Counted from the first letter of the stretch, positions 55,899-64,000 are shown. The stretch: DNA of 64,000 nucleotides from an uncultured Flavobacteriales bacterium (GCA_902478645.1 CABSLV010000003.1:18933-82932); one strand, 5' to 3'. Numbers and translations are program-made. Notes: generated by a model not told the origin, from the sequence alone.

Positions 55899-56107
55899 GA
55901 TTTAGCCAACTCCGACACTACCCTACGAACCCGGCACATTCGCGCATACCCTCAGGAAGCCCCCTCCCCTACCTTCGCCGTTTGCCCAAGCCTTCAAAAA
56001 AGCCAAAATAGAGGCTCGCAGAGAAAAAGATTCCTGCAAGAACACCTTTGGGAGGCACAGGAAAACGCACAAGCCTACAGCACGCTAAAACCCGTCTGTG
56101 CCCTTCC

Positions 56108-56539
56108 CTATTGATCGGCCAAATGAGGGATCTCCGGCTGAGCTTCGTACAGGCACAACGAAAACGTGGCTACCATCTTCCTATCCCGGAAAGTCTTCTC
56201 CACGCTGATTGCATCGGCTAAACTCACATTATATTCCAACGCCTTTTCCCCTACCGACACGCGCAAAACATGCTCCCCAGGGAGGTAAAAAAGGGCCGTA
56301 AATGCTCCGATCCGGTCGATAAAGTCCTCGGCCCCCTCTGCAGCCAAAAAACAATTCAAGACGATGGTACGCCCCTCGAAATACATCTGCGAACGGTCGG
56401 CCACACTTCCGTGTTCATCCGACCACTGCACCTCCAATCCGCTCTTAGGCTTCAGTCCACCGATTAAACCTTGCGAAGACGACACCCGCACGCCGTAATC
56501 CTTAAAATCCTTCCCGTCCCACGTATAAATCACTTCCAC
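56108..56539 (-). CDS. hypothetical protein (orphan; possible phage distal-tail-protein-like N-domain)
   Basis: 143-aa ORF starting at GTG (56537-56539) with no upstream in-frame start; own canonical promoter; globular-looking composition; family assignment is from memory only. Confidence 0.55.
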   Translation of the reverse strand: MEVIYTWDGKDFKDYGVRVSSSQGLIGGLKPKSGLEVQWSDEHGSVADRSQMYFEGRTIVLNCFLAAEGAEDFIDRIGAFTALFYLPGEHVLRVSVGEKALEYNVSLADAISVEKTFRDRKMVATFSLCLYEAQPEIPHLADQ

Positions 56540-56565
56540 AGCCTTACATCTTTTAGGTTACCTTA

Positions 56566-56597
56566 CAAATATAATCAAAAAAGAAATAATAACCAAA
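56566..56597 (-). promoter_or_regulatory. Bacteroidota-type promoter (TTTG-N20-TATATTTG) for the orphan gene
   Basis: Minus strand TTTG (56597-56594), 20 nt, TATATTTG (56573-56566), 26 nt upstream of the GTG start. Confidence 0.6.
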
Positions 56598-56604
56598 CAA
56601 AAAA

Positions 56605-56632
56605 AGTCTCCCCGGAACTTCCCGGGGAGACT
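56605..56632 (-). terminator. intrinsic terminator after susD
   Basis: AGTCTCCCCGG-6 nt-CCGGGGAGACT, followed on the minus strand by TTTTTTTG. Confidence 0.8.
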
Positions 56633-56654
56633 CTGTACGGAATACGAATCCGTA

Positions 56655-58184
56655 TTACAACGGGTTCTGATCCTCTTCGGTGATTTCAGGATTCAACTCG
56701 ATCTCACCACTGCGCGGGATACGGAAAGTGAAGTCCTTACCGGCTTCCTTCACGATCTGGTTGCGGTGGTTCATCGGAACACCATAGTCAGCGAACGGAT
56801 TGTCCTTGCGGTTGACCCCCTTGTTGATACGCTTGTTGTCGAAGAACTCCAGACCTTCACCCCACATCTCAACGCGTTTGTTGAGGCGGATTTCCTCGAG
56901 CAATTCATCGCCCGTTGCGACAGACTTGGTATAAGCCTGGTCACGCGTAGACATGATATCGTACAAGGTCTGCTGTGCAGCTGCATAATCCGGGTTTTCT
57001 CCCGAAGCCTCTGCTTCGGCCTTGATGAAGTATGCCTCGGCCGCCCGCATGTACACCTCGTCCTGATCCCAAGAATCGCAGTCAAACTTCCAGTTCAAGC
57101 TGTAGTACAGCGTTCCGCTGTACTGGATACTGCTATACAAAGCACCGCGCCAGTCCGTCTTCGGGATCTGAACCCACAAACGATTGTCCATCAGCTTGGT
57201 ACCTCCTACGTAAACCGAGCCATAAGCCATCGAACTGGGGATGGCCGGAGCCATGTGCGAAGCAAAGTTCCTGTTCTGAAGCGTCGTATTCTGACTCCAC
57301 TTGTAGCCCCAGATGGTCTCCACACCATCAATCTGCTGGAAAGCGTTGGTCGTCTCGCCGGCATCATAGTCGGTGTAAGCATCGTCGAAGGTCATCAGAC
57401 CGAAGGCATCCACTACTTTACCGGCAGCTTCTGCAGCCAATTCGTAGTCGCCAGTGGTCAATGCAGCGCGTGCCTGGATCATGTAAGCCACATAGATGGA
57501 CACCTCCGTCTTCGAGCTCGGATTTACACCCGAAGAAGTGAACAGTGCGATAGCATCGGAGCAGTCCTGGAAGATACGATTCCATACCTGCTTGGCCGTA
57601 CCACGACCTTTGCGAGCCTCGTCGGGGATAGTGTACACCGGGACACCGGACTTGGAGCTGCCACCGAACAGGTAAGCATCCTGGAATACCGTGATCAAGT
57701 GGTAATAACCCAATGCTCGCAGGGTGAGTGCCTGAGCCTTGATGTTGTCGGAAACAGCTTTCTCGCTCTCGGTCAATTCCTCAGGATCGATGTAGCTGAT
57801 CACCTGGTTGGCCTTGTAAATAAGCTTGTAAAAACTCCCCCAATATGTGGACGGACGCTCATCGTCCTGACCGCGGTAGTTCGCCATGTTGTAATCGGAA
57901 ACGAACCATCCGGAGCCGTTACCACCCAACACCATGTCGTTGCCGAGCATGTCCATGCGGATACCCAACACCTTGTAGCTCACACCATCCTCAAGATTTG
58001 CATTACCCATCGTATGCATGTAAGCGATGGCGCCGTTGAGCATCGTGGAAGTCAGTTTGTTCTGATCCACCTTCTCGAAGTCCTCCGGAGTAAGGTTACC
58101 CGAGGAATTCGTATCCAGCAGATTGGAGCAGGATACACCTGTCAGTGCTACTGCAAACAGCAATATATACTTTTTCATTTTCAT
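56655..58184 (-). CDS. susD: SusD/RagB family nutrient-binding outer-membrane lipoprotein
   Basis: 509 aa; lipobox ALTGVSCSN; TPR-like helical SusD pattern; immediately downstream of susC. Confidence 0.9.
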   Translation of the reverse strand: MKMKKYILLFAVALTGVSCSNLLDTNSSGNLTPEDFEKVDQNKLTSTMLNGAIAYMHTMGNANLEDGVSYKVLGIRMDMLGNDMVLGGNGSGWFVSDYNMANYRGQDDERPSTYWGSFYKLIYKANQVISYIDPEELTESEKAVSDNIKAQALTLRALGYYHLITVFQDAYLFGGSSKSGVPVYTIPDEARKGRGTAKQVWNRIFQDCSDAIALFTSSGVNPSSKTEVSIYVAYMIQARAALTTGDYELAAEAAGKVVDAFGLMTFDDAYTDYDAGETTNAFQQIDGVETIWGYKWSQNTTLQNRNFASHMAPAIPSSMAYGSVYVGGTKLMDNRLWVQIPKTDWRGALYSSIQYSGTLYYSLNWKFDCDSWDQDEVYMRAAEAYFIKAEAEASGENPDYAAAQQTLYDIMSTRDQAYTKSVATGDELLEEIRLNKRVEMWGEGLEFFDNKRINKGVNRKDNPFADYGVPMNHRNQIVKEAGKDFTFRIPRSGEIELNPEITEEDQNPL

Positions 58185-58199
58185 TTCTATTTTAGAGGG

Positions 58200-61100
58200 T
58201 TAGAAATTGATATTGGCACCGAAGGAGAACGTACGCATCTGGTTGTACGCGATGTAAACCACACCACCCGTTACACCCATACGAGGATCGAGCCCCTTGC
58301 GAGCCGAGGTGAGCCACAGGTTTTCACCGCTGGCAAATACACGCACGGAAGAAAGCCCCATCTTCTTGGTAAGTCCCACAGGCAACGTGTAACCCAAGGT
58401 AACATTCTTCAAGCAGAAGTACGATGCATCGACGAGCTCGTATTCAGCACGGTCTCCATAGCTACTACCGGCCAAGGAGAACATCGGGAACTCAGCATCC
58501 TTGTTATCCGGCGTCCAGGTATTGTCCAACAGATCGGCGCCCAGGTTACGTGCAGGAACGGAACCCTGCCAGTGGAGGTTGCCCCAATCGGCATCGTAGA
58601 CCTTACCACCTATCTGGAAAGTCGTGTTGACCGTCAGGTCGAAACCAGCATAGCGGAGCGTCGTATTGAAACCACCCATCAGATCAGGAATAGCACTTCC
58701 CTGCAGGTATCTGGTCTGTTCGTCGGGATTGTCCGTTTTCTCACGGCCAATCACATTGCCCTGGTCGTCCACAACATCCATCCAATAAAGTTGCTTACCG
58801 GTCTCGGGATCTACACCAGCTCCTTCTCCCCAGTAGAATTGATACTGGTCCTTGCCGATCATCCAAAGATAACTACCTCTGACAAGTCCTTTTCCATCGG
58901 CAGCGGTCATCAGATAGTCGGGCAGCGCGAGGATCTTCTGCTTATACGTAGAAGCCGTCAGACCCACCGTCCAGAAAATATCCGGATTCTGGAAGATATC
59001 GTAGTTCAATTCGATTTCCAGACCCTGGTTGGCCAGTTTACCGTCATTGACCATCTTGGTGGAAATACCGGTGGACAGCGGCTGATCGGCCTCGAAGAGC
59101 AGGTCGCGCGTTACACGACGATATACGTCGATGCTACCGTAGAAACGATTCCAGAAACGGAAGTCCACACCGAGGTCCATATTGAAGTTCGTTTCCCAGG
59201 TCAGATCGGGAACACCCCACCATACCTGCGACAGGGTGAACTGACCGTCGGATTCTCCCAGCGACCACAGGTCGGTGTAGGGATAGCTGGTAGCATTTAC
59301 CGCCTGGTTACCGGTGGTACCGATCGAGAAACGCAGCTTGAGTTCATCCATCCAATCGACATTGTCACGGATAAAGTTTTCCTCGGCAATACGCCAGCTG
59401 GCACCTGCCGACCAGAACGTACCCCACTTGTCGTAGCGGAAGGTGGACGTTCCGTCCATACGAGCCGAAGCCGTCAGATAATACTTCTCATTCCAGTTGT
59501 AGTTCACGCGAGCAAAGTACGACTCCATGGCCGAAGCTCCGGTATATCCCGAAGGAAGACCACCCGTTTCGATAAAGTTGCTCAGATCGACCAAACCGGG
59601 AATGAACATGTTGAGCATGTAAGCATCCGACATATCTACTTTGCTGTAGTAGAACTCGTGACCTACCAAGGCATCCAGGTGATGCTTGCCGTAGTTGTGC
59701 GCCCAGTTGATGGTCTGGTTGGCATTGAGGGTCAAGGCCGTCTGGCGAGCCTGGTACAAGGCACCCCCTACCGAAACCGCACCGCCTTCCTCACTGTTCT
59801 GGAAGGTCTTGGCATTCTGATAGACCGTCTCTACACTCATGGTAGCGCGTGCCGTAAAGTCCTTGAGGAACTTCGCCTCGGCGTAGGCCGATCCGGCAAA
59901 GTTGTCCAATACCGTGCGGTACAAGTCCTTCTCCACATAGGTCAGCGGGTTCCATCCGCCGATCAGCGGGTTGGGGCCTTGGTAGATCGGCGACTCGGAT
60001 ACCGTACCGGCCTGGCGGTTACCCATATCGAGTAAACGGTTACCGTTCTCATCGTACATGTAGCTACCGTCTGCATTACGCGCATAGATAGGATAGATAC
60101 TCGGGATGACCTTGGCGAAAAGGAACAGGTTCAGCGTATTCATCTCTCCACCCGAATAGTTGGTCGGATTATCCGAGATACGACGGGTGAACGACATGTT
60201 ACCTCCCACATTCAACCAGTTGTTGACCTGTGCATCGACATTCAAACGCGAAGAAAAACGTTCGAACTTGGAACCTGCCGCATACGAAGGATCGGACAGG
60301 TAACCCAGGGACAGATAGTAGCTCGTATTTTCACCGCCACCGGTTACCGAAGCGGTGTATTCCTGACGGAAAGCGCGGTTGCCCAGCAACTCCTTGTACC
60401 AGTCTTCCTGGTAGAGCAACTGTGCTCCCTCGACGATCTTGCCGGTAGCCGGATCGATCAGCGTGCTGGCTCCGTCAGGCAACTTGAACGCCGAATAACC
60501 CAAACCAATACCAAATTGGCTGCTAATCAAGTTTTCAGCTGCATAAGCTTTAGCAGACTGCCAATCCAATCCAAAATTATTGTAGAAAAATCCGGCATAG
60601 GCCGTCCACGTCATCCGGTAGTAGTCGCCCGGATCGGAGATCCAATTGTGATGGCCGACAGCATCTTCGTTCCAACCCATGCGGATATTGAGCGACACGT
60701 TAGCCGGCTGGTTTTTCGAACCGCGCTTGGTCGTGATCGAGATGATACCGTTGGCTGCACGCGAACCGTACAGAGAAGTCGAAGCTGCATCCTTGAGTAC
60801 CGTTACCGTGGCGATATCGGCCGGGTTGAGGGTCGAAAGCGTCGAAGGATACGGCACACCGTCCACCAGGATCAGAGCGCTGTTGCTGGCATTCATCGAG
60901 CCGATACCACGGATGCGGATCACGGCATCGGAACCCGGCTGACCCGACGAACTAGTCACCTGGATACCCGGCACCTGACCTTCCAGAGCACGGGTAACGG
61001 TCGATACCTGACGATCCTGGATGTCACCGGCCTCCACCGTGGTGATCGAACCGGTCAAATCTTTCTTTCTGGCCGTACCGTAAGCCACCACTACCACATC

Positions 61101-61415
61101 ATCCAACATGGCGGCATCCGGATCCATCGTGATGGTGAGATCTCTCTGATCTCCCAAAACAACCGACACCGGCTGGAAACCGACGAAGGAGAACTCCAGC
61201 GTCTGGCCCTTTTCTGCCGAAATGGAGAAATTACCGTCGAAATCCGCAGAAGTACCCCTGCTCGTTCCGGCGATCTTAATGCTCACCCCAGGCATCGTCT
61301 GTCCATCTTCCGAGGAGACAACCACACCGGAGTAGGTTCTCACCTGTGCTTGGGTGAAAACAACCGCGAACAACACCAACGCAACCGTTAGTACTTGTCT
61401 GATTTTTCCTTTCAT
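58200..61415 (-). CDS. susC: SusC/RagA family TonB-dependent outer-membrane transporter
   Basis: 1071 aa; signal peptide; CarboxypepD_reg-like N-domain (GVVVSSEDGQTMPGVSIKIAGTSRGTSADFDGNFSI); plug (VVVVAYGTARKKDLTGSITTV); C-terminal F; no STN domain. Confidence 0.92.
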   Translation of the reverse strand: MKGKIRQVLTVALVLFAVVFTQAQVRTYSGVVVSSEDGQTMPGVSIKIAGTSRGTSADFDGNFSISAEKGQTLEFSFVGFQPVSVVLGDQRDLTITMDPDAAMLDDVVVVAYGTARKKDLTGSITTVEAGDIQDRQVSTVTRALEGQVPGIQVTSSSGQPGSDAVIRIRGIGSMNASNSALILVDGVPYPSTLSTLNPADIATVTVLKDAASTSLYGSRAANGIISITTKRGSKNQPANVSLNIRMGWNEDAVGHHNWISDPGDYYRMTWTAYAGFFYNNFGLDWQSAKAYAAENLISSQFGIGLGYSAFKLPDGASTLIDPATGKIVEGAQLLYQEDWYKELLGNRAFRQEYTASVTGGGENTSYYLSLGYLSDPSYAAGSKFERFSSRLNVDAQVNNWLNVGGNMSFTRRISDNPTNYSGGEMNTLNLFLFAKVIPSIYPIYARNADGSYMYDENGNRLLDMGNRQAGTVSESPIYQGPNPLIGGWNPLTYVEKDLYRTVLDNFAGSAYAEAKFLKDFTARATMSVETVYQNAKTFQNSEEGGAVSVGGALYQARQTALTLNANQTINWAHNYGKHHLDALVGHEFYYSKVDMSDAYMLNMFIPGLVDLSNFIETGGLPSGYTGASAMESYFARVNYNWNEKYYLTASARMDGTSTFRYDKWGTFWSAGASWRIAEENFIRDNVDWMDELKLRFSIGTTGNQAVNATSYPYTDLWSLGESDGQFTLSQVWWGVPDLTWETNFNMDLGVDFRFWNRFYGSIDVYRRVTRDLLFEADQPLSTGISTKMVNDGKLANQGLEIELNYDIFQNPDIFWTVGLTASTYKQKILALPDYLMTAADGKGLVRGSYLWMIGKDQYQFYWGEGAGVDPETGKQLYWMDVVDDQGNVIGREKTDNPDEQTRYLQGSAIPDLMGGFNTTLRYAGFDLTVNTTFQIGGKVYDADWGNLHWQGSVPARNLGADLLDNTWTPDNKDAEFPMFSLAGSSYGDRAEYELVDASYFCLKNVTLGYTLPVGLTKKMGLSSVRVFASGENLWLTSARKGLDPRMGVTGGVVYIAYNQMRTFSFGANINF

Positions 61416-61448
61416 TTCTTCTGTTTATTGATTATTATTGTTCGGGCG

Positions 61449-61456
61449 CAAAATTA
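61449..61456 (-). promoter_or_regulatory. candidate -7 box (TAATTTTG) for susC
   Basis: Minus strand TAATTTTG 33 nt upstream of the susC ATG; -33 not convincing. Confidence 0.4.
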
Positions 61457-61819
61457 CTAAAATTTCGTTAAACGGCATCGCAATACTAAAAAAGAGAGCC
61501 GCCACAGCGCAAATACAGGCTCTTTCCCGGACAAATTTTAACATCACTTCGTGCTTTTTCAGCAAAAACCCATCCTTTTTTTGCCATCTCATCAATTTCA
61601 TCAGCCTCTCACACGCTCTTTATTTACGTTTTATCAATTCTCTCCTCCTCGATGTTTTTTAACACGTACAAACATTTTCCTCTCCACCCCATGCCAAAGA
61701 TCTCCCCAATACATATAAATAAGGTGTATTCCTTCTTTTCCGCACTCCTCCTCTCTATCCTTAAAAAAAAGAGAGGCACACAAAAAAACAGACAAAAATC
61801 AAAAAAACACCCAAACCTA

Positions 61820-61850
61820 TTTGCTCGTTTGAAAAATTGTCATACCTTTG
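61820..61850 (+). promoter_or_regulatory. Bacteroidota-type promoter (TTTG-N19-TACCTTTG) for tRNA-Glu x2 / rpsT
   Basis: TTTG 61820-61823, 19 nt, TACCTTTG 61843-61850, then CACTCGC; 38 nt before the first tRNA. Confidence 0.65.
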
Positions 61851-61888
61851 CACTCGCTGTTGGACACGAGTATGTGCCGACAACTCGC

Positions 61889-61963
61889 GGCCCGTTCGTC
61901 TAGAGGCTAGGACGTCAGATTTTCATTCTGGTAACAGGGGTTCGATTCCCCTACGGGCTACCA
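61889..61963 (+). tRNA. tRNA-Glu (anticodon TTC), CCA encoded
   Basis: GGCCCGT/ACGGGCT acceptor (G1-U72 wobble), GTCT-AGAGGCTA-GGAC, TCAGA-TTTTCAT-TCTGG, AGGGG-TTCGATT-CCCCT, A, CCA. Confidence 0.9.
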
Positions 61964-61993
61964 ACACCGACCGAGAGGTCAGTTTCATTCCCC

Positions 61994-62068
61994 GGCCTGT
62001 TCGTCTAGGGGTTAGGACGCAAGATTCTCATTCTTGAAACAGGGGTTCGATTCCCCTACGGGCTACCA
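61994..62068 (+). tRNA. tRNA-Glu (anticodon CTC), CCA encoded
   Basis: GGCCTGT/ACGGGCT acceptor, GTCT-AGGGGTTA-GGAC, CAAGA-TTCTCAT-TCTTG, AGGGG-TTCGATT-CCCCT, A, CCA. Confidence 0.9.
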
Positions 62069-62174
62069 AGCCTTCCGGAATATAGCCTCGCGGCCTGACC
62101 GTTTCGGAAAACGGCGGAACAAAACAGACAAAGTCCCTTTCCGTAGGGGCGAAACGAAAACAGTATTTGTAAAC

Positions 62175-62429
62175 ATGGCAAACCACAAATCGTCCATCAA
62201 GCGCATCCGTTCCAACGAAAAGAAACGTCTGCGCAATCGTTACTACCACAAAACGACCCGCAATGCGATCAAAAAACTGCGTCTGACCTCGGACAAGGCA
62301 GAAGCTACCGCATTGTTCCCCAAGGTGGTTTCGATGATAGACAAGTTGGCCAAAAAGGATGTCATCCACAAGAACAAAGCGGCCAACCTCAAGAGCAAGC
62401 TCAGCAAACACGTCGCTTCGCTGGCCTAA
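62175..62429 (+). CDS. rpsT: 30S ribosomal protein S20
   Basis: ORF trimmed to ATG 62175: [36 protein letters not shown]... (84 aa). The longer ORF would read through the tRNA-Glu gene. Confidence 0.9.
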   Translation: MANHKSSIKRIRSNEKKRLRNRYYHKTTRNAIKKLRLTSDKAEATALFPKVVSMIDKLAKKDVIHKNKAANLKSKLSKHVASLA

Positions 62430-62482
62430 TCGCTCTGCCTGCTTCGGGATAACGAAGCGGTATTTCTCGATCGACACACATC

Positions 62483-62521
62483 AACTCCACGGTCCTAAAA
62501 GACGTGGAGTTAATTGTTTTT
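62483..62521 (+). terminator. intrinsic terminator after rpsT
   Basis: AACTCCACG-11 nt-CGTGGAGTT followed by AATTGTTTTT. Confidence 0.7.
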
Positions 62522-62543
62522 CCCCCTGCCAAATCTTTTCCCC

Positions 62544-63065
62544 ATGGACAAAACCCTCGTCGAAGCCATCCGATACGCCGTCTGCGCCCACCAGGACGTC
62601 AACGAAAGTTATGACGGCGCGCCCTACTCGCTGCACCTGGCGATGGCCGCCCACTACGCCGATGTCTTTTCGTATCTGCTGCCTCCCCAGGAGCGCGACG
62701 AAACCCTCGCCGCCGTATGGCTCCACGATGTGATCGAAGACTGCCGACGCTCCTACAACGACGTAAAGGCGGTTTTCGGGGAGAAAATCGCCGAACTGGT
62801 CTTTGCCGTGACCAATAACCGGGGACGCACGCGCCACGAACGCGCCAACGACGACTATTACCGGGGGATCGTCGCCACGCCGTATGCGACCTTCGTCAAA
62901 CTATGCGACCGTCTGGCCAACGCCCAATACTCTGCCGCGAGAGGCGATGCGCGGATGGTGGCGGTCTATCGGGCGGAACTCGATGCTTTTCTGGAAAAAC
63001 TTTCCGCTGCACGGGAAGCAGACTACGCACCCATGCGGGAAGAACTGAAAAAGATTCTGAAATAA
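62544..63065 (+). CDS. HD domain-containing protein (SpoT/RelA-hydrolase-like small HD protein)
   Basis: ORF trimmed to ATG 62544; HLAMAAHY...AVWLHDVIEDC (H...HD...ED metal-binding pattern). Confidence 0.65.
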   Translation: MDKTLVEAIRYAVCAHQDVNESYDGAPYSLHLAMAAHYADVFSYLLPPQERDETLAAVWLHDVIEDCRRSYNDVKAVFGEKIAELVFAVTNNRGRTRHERANDDYYRGIVATPYATFVKLCDRLANAQYSAARGDARMVAVYRAELDAFLEKLSAAREADYAPMREELKKILK

Positions 63066-63090
63066 TCCCGCACCCTTGGAAAAAAGGGTG

Positions 63091-63140
63091 CGTGCAAGCA
63101 AAAGCGGCGGGGCAAAGCCCCCGCCGCTTTTGCTTGCACG
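63091..63140. terminator. 22-bp perfect inverted repeat between convergent HD gene and beta-propeller gene
   Basis: CGTGCAAGCAAAAGCGGCGGGG-6 nt-CCCCGCCGCTTTTGCTTGCACG; preceded by a smaller hairpin GCACCCTT-ggaaaa-AAGGGTGC (63070-63091). Confidence 0.7.
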
Positions 63141-63159
63141 CCTTCCTGAAAGGCACCCC

Positions 63160-64000
63160 CTACTCTTCTCCCGACTTGAAACAAAACGCCCCGGGAATAA
63201 TATCGACCTTGAACTCATCGATCAGTTCTCCCTGCGGCGTATAGCGGAAAACCGTCCCGCGCTGGGAATAATCGATCGCATCGCTCACGTACAACTCGTC
63301 GGTATAGGGATTGACCCCCAAGGCATAGAACAAACGGGAATCCTCCGCAATGAGCGGCTGGGCCGGCAAGGCGGTATCCTCCACGCCCATGCTGTAAATC
63401 CCGCTGTTGGGCACCGTACCGCTGGCCCAACTGCCGTTGATGTAGTAAAGCCTGTCGCCCTGTGCATTGATGCAAAGCTCCGAAGGAGATGCCTGCAGGT
63501 CGGGAAAGCGAAAGATCGCCTCTACCGCAAACTGGCGCGCATCGATACGGATCAGCGTCGCCTGATCCTGCCCATACGGCGAGCCGGCGTACCCCCCGTC
63601 GGAGAGCACCCACAGTTTGCCGTTCTTGTCCAGCGCCATGCTGTTCGGCTGGCGGGTGACGGAAAGCGAATCGACCACCTTGTCCGTCTCGGTATCGATC
63701 TTGTACACCTTGTCGTTGTACGACCAGCTGCACACATAGACATACTGTCCGTAGCGAACCATCTGCTCGGTACCGTTCACCTTGCCCGGCCCCTTGGTCG
63801 TGCCCATGTAAACACGCCCCGTGATCTCGTATGTACGGGGATCGACCACCGCCATCGAAGGGCTGTACAAATCGGATATATAGATCTTGTCCTCGGAAAT
63901 CACCTGAATGTAGCGCGGAGAAGTAAGCCCCGAGATGGCCCCGAGATACTTGAACGTATTGAGATCGATCACATAGACCTTGCCGGAATTGTTCACCACC
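63160..64000 (-). CDS. YncE/YVTN-type beta-propeller repeat protein (DUF5074-like), C-terminal part; gene runs off right edge
   Basis: Frame is open to the window edge (the apparent start is only a GTG at 63997-63999); repeated ...KVYVID / KIYISD / KVYKID / KLWVLSD / RLYYIN / ELYVSD blade motifs. Confidence 0.6.
   Translation of the reverse strand, partial: VVNNSGKVYVIDLNTFKYLGAISGLTSPRYIQVISEDKIYISDLYSPSMAVVDPRTYEITGRVYMGTTKGPGKVNGTEQMVRYGQYVYVCSWSYNDKVYKIDTETDKVVDSLSVTRQPNSMALDKNGKLWVLSDGGYAGSPYGQDQATLIRIDARQFAVEAIFRFPDLQASPSELCINAQGDRLYYINGSWASGTVPNSGIYSMGVEDTALPAQPLIAEDSRLFYALGVNPYTDELYVSDAIDYSQRGTVFRYTPQGELIDEFKVDIIPGAFCFKSGEE

Noticed and set aside
56766-60035. 1089-aa ORF antisense to susD and susC
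   Set aside because: susD, susC and this ORF all share phase 0 mod 3, so one shadow frame runs across both genes and the 15-nt spacer. There is no independent evidence of coding.
61438-61903. 74-aa and 83-aa ORFs in the susC/tRNA-Glu intergenic region
   Set aside because: The sequence is A/T-rich and low complexity. The second ORF reads through the tRNA-Glu promoter into the tRNA gene.

Overview
This window reads as core chromosomal DNA from a GC-rich member of the Bacteroidota, probably Bacteroidales-like. The evidence is a SusC/SusD pair, a GldH-like lipoprotein, TTTG-N19-21-TAnnTTTG promoters and typical Bacteroidota gene order. Nearly everything is housekeeping. On the minus strand, 1-12616 holds the complete str-S10-spc ribosomal protein cluster (rpsL-rpsG-fusA-rpsJ-rplCDWB-rpsS-rplV-rpsC-rplP-rpmC-rpsQ-rplNXE-rpsNH-rplFR-rpsE-rpmD-rplO-secY'). 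It is followed by a tight PSP1-gldH-PBP1A-LbH-pdxJ array, a U32-family/ferredoxin pair, tRNA-Thr-tuf and xerC-hpf. On the plus strand lie tRNA-Trp-secE-nusG-rplKAJL-rpoBC, a DUF3467-like gene and eno. The remainder is alaS(-), M23 peptidase-MerR-ruvB-queG-tRNA-Gln(+), a MATE/cytidylate-kinase-like operon(-), ompA-like(+), exbB-exbD-exbD-tonB-PstS-like-TPR(+), an orphan 143-aa gene, susD/susC(-), two tRNA-Glu plus rpsT(+), an HD-domain gene and a truncated beta-propeller gene. I found no rRNA, CRISPR array, transposon, prophage or recognisable defence system, and I cannot support a convincing novel multi-gene system here. The most unusual items are these. (1) There are gene-length antisense ORFs, up to 1454 aa opposite rpoC, and all sit in the exact codon-opposite phase, so I attribute them to near-total avoidance of TTA/CTA/TCA codons. 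(2) A PSP1/RicT-like protein carries a Cys-rich N-terminus and a ~270-aa Arg/Gly-rich tail. (3) An orphan GTG-initiated gene with its own canonical promoter lies beside a minimal SusCD pair and looks, from memory only, like a phage distal-tail-protein N-domain. (4) The xerC promoter module is tandemly duplicated. (5) Long perfect hairpins with a shared core sit at convergent gene junctions. All calls rest on reading the translations and sequence by eye; no database search was possible.
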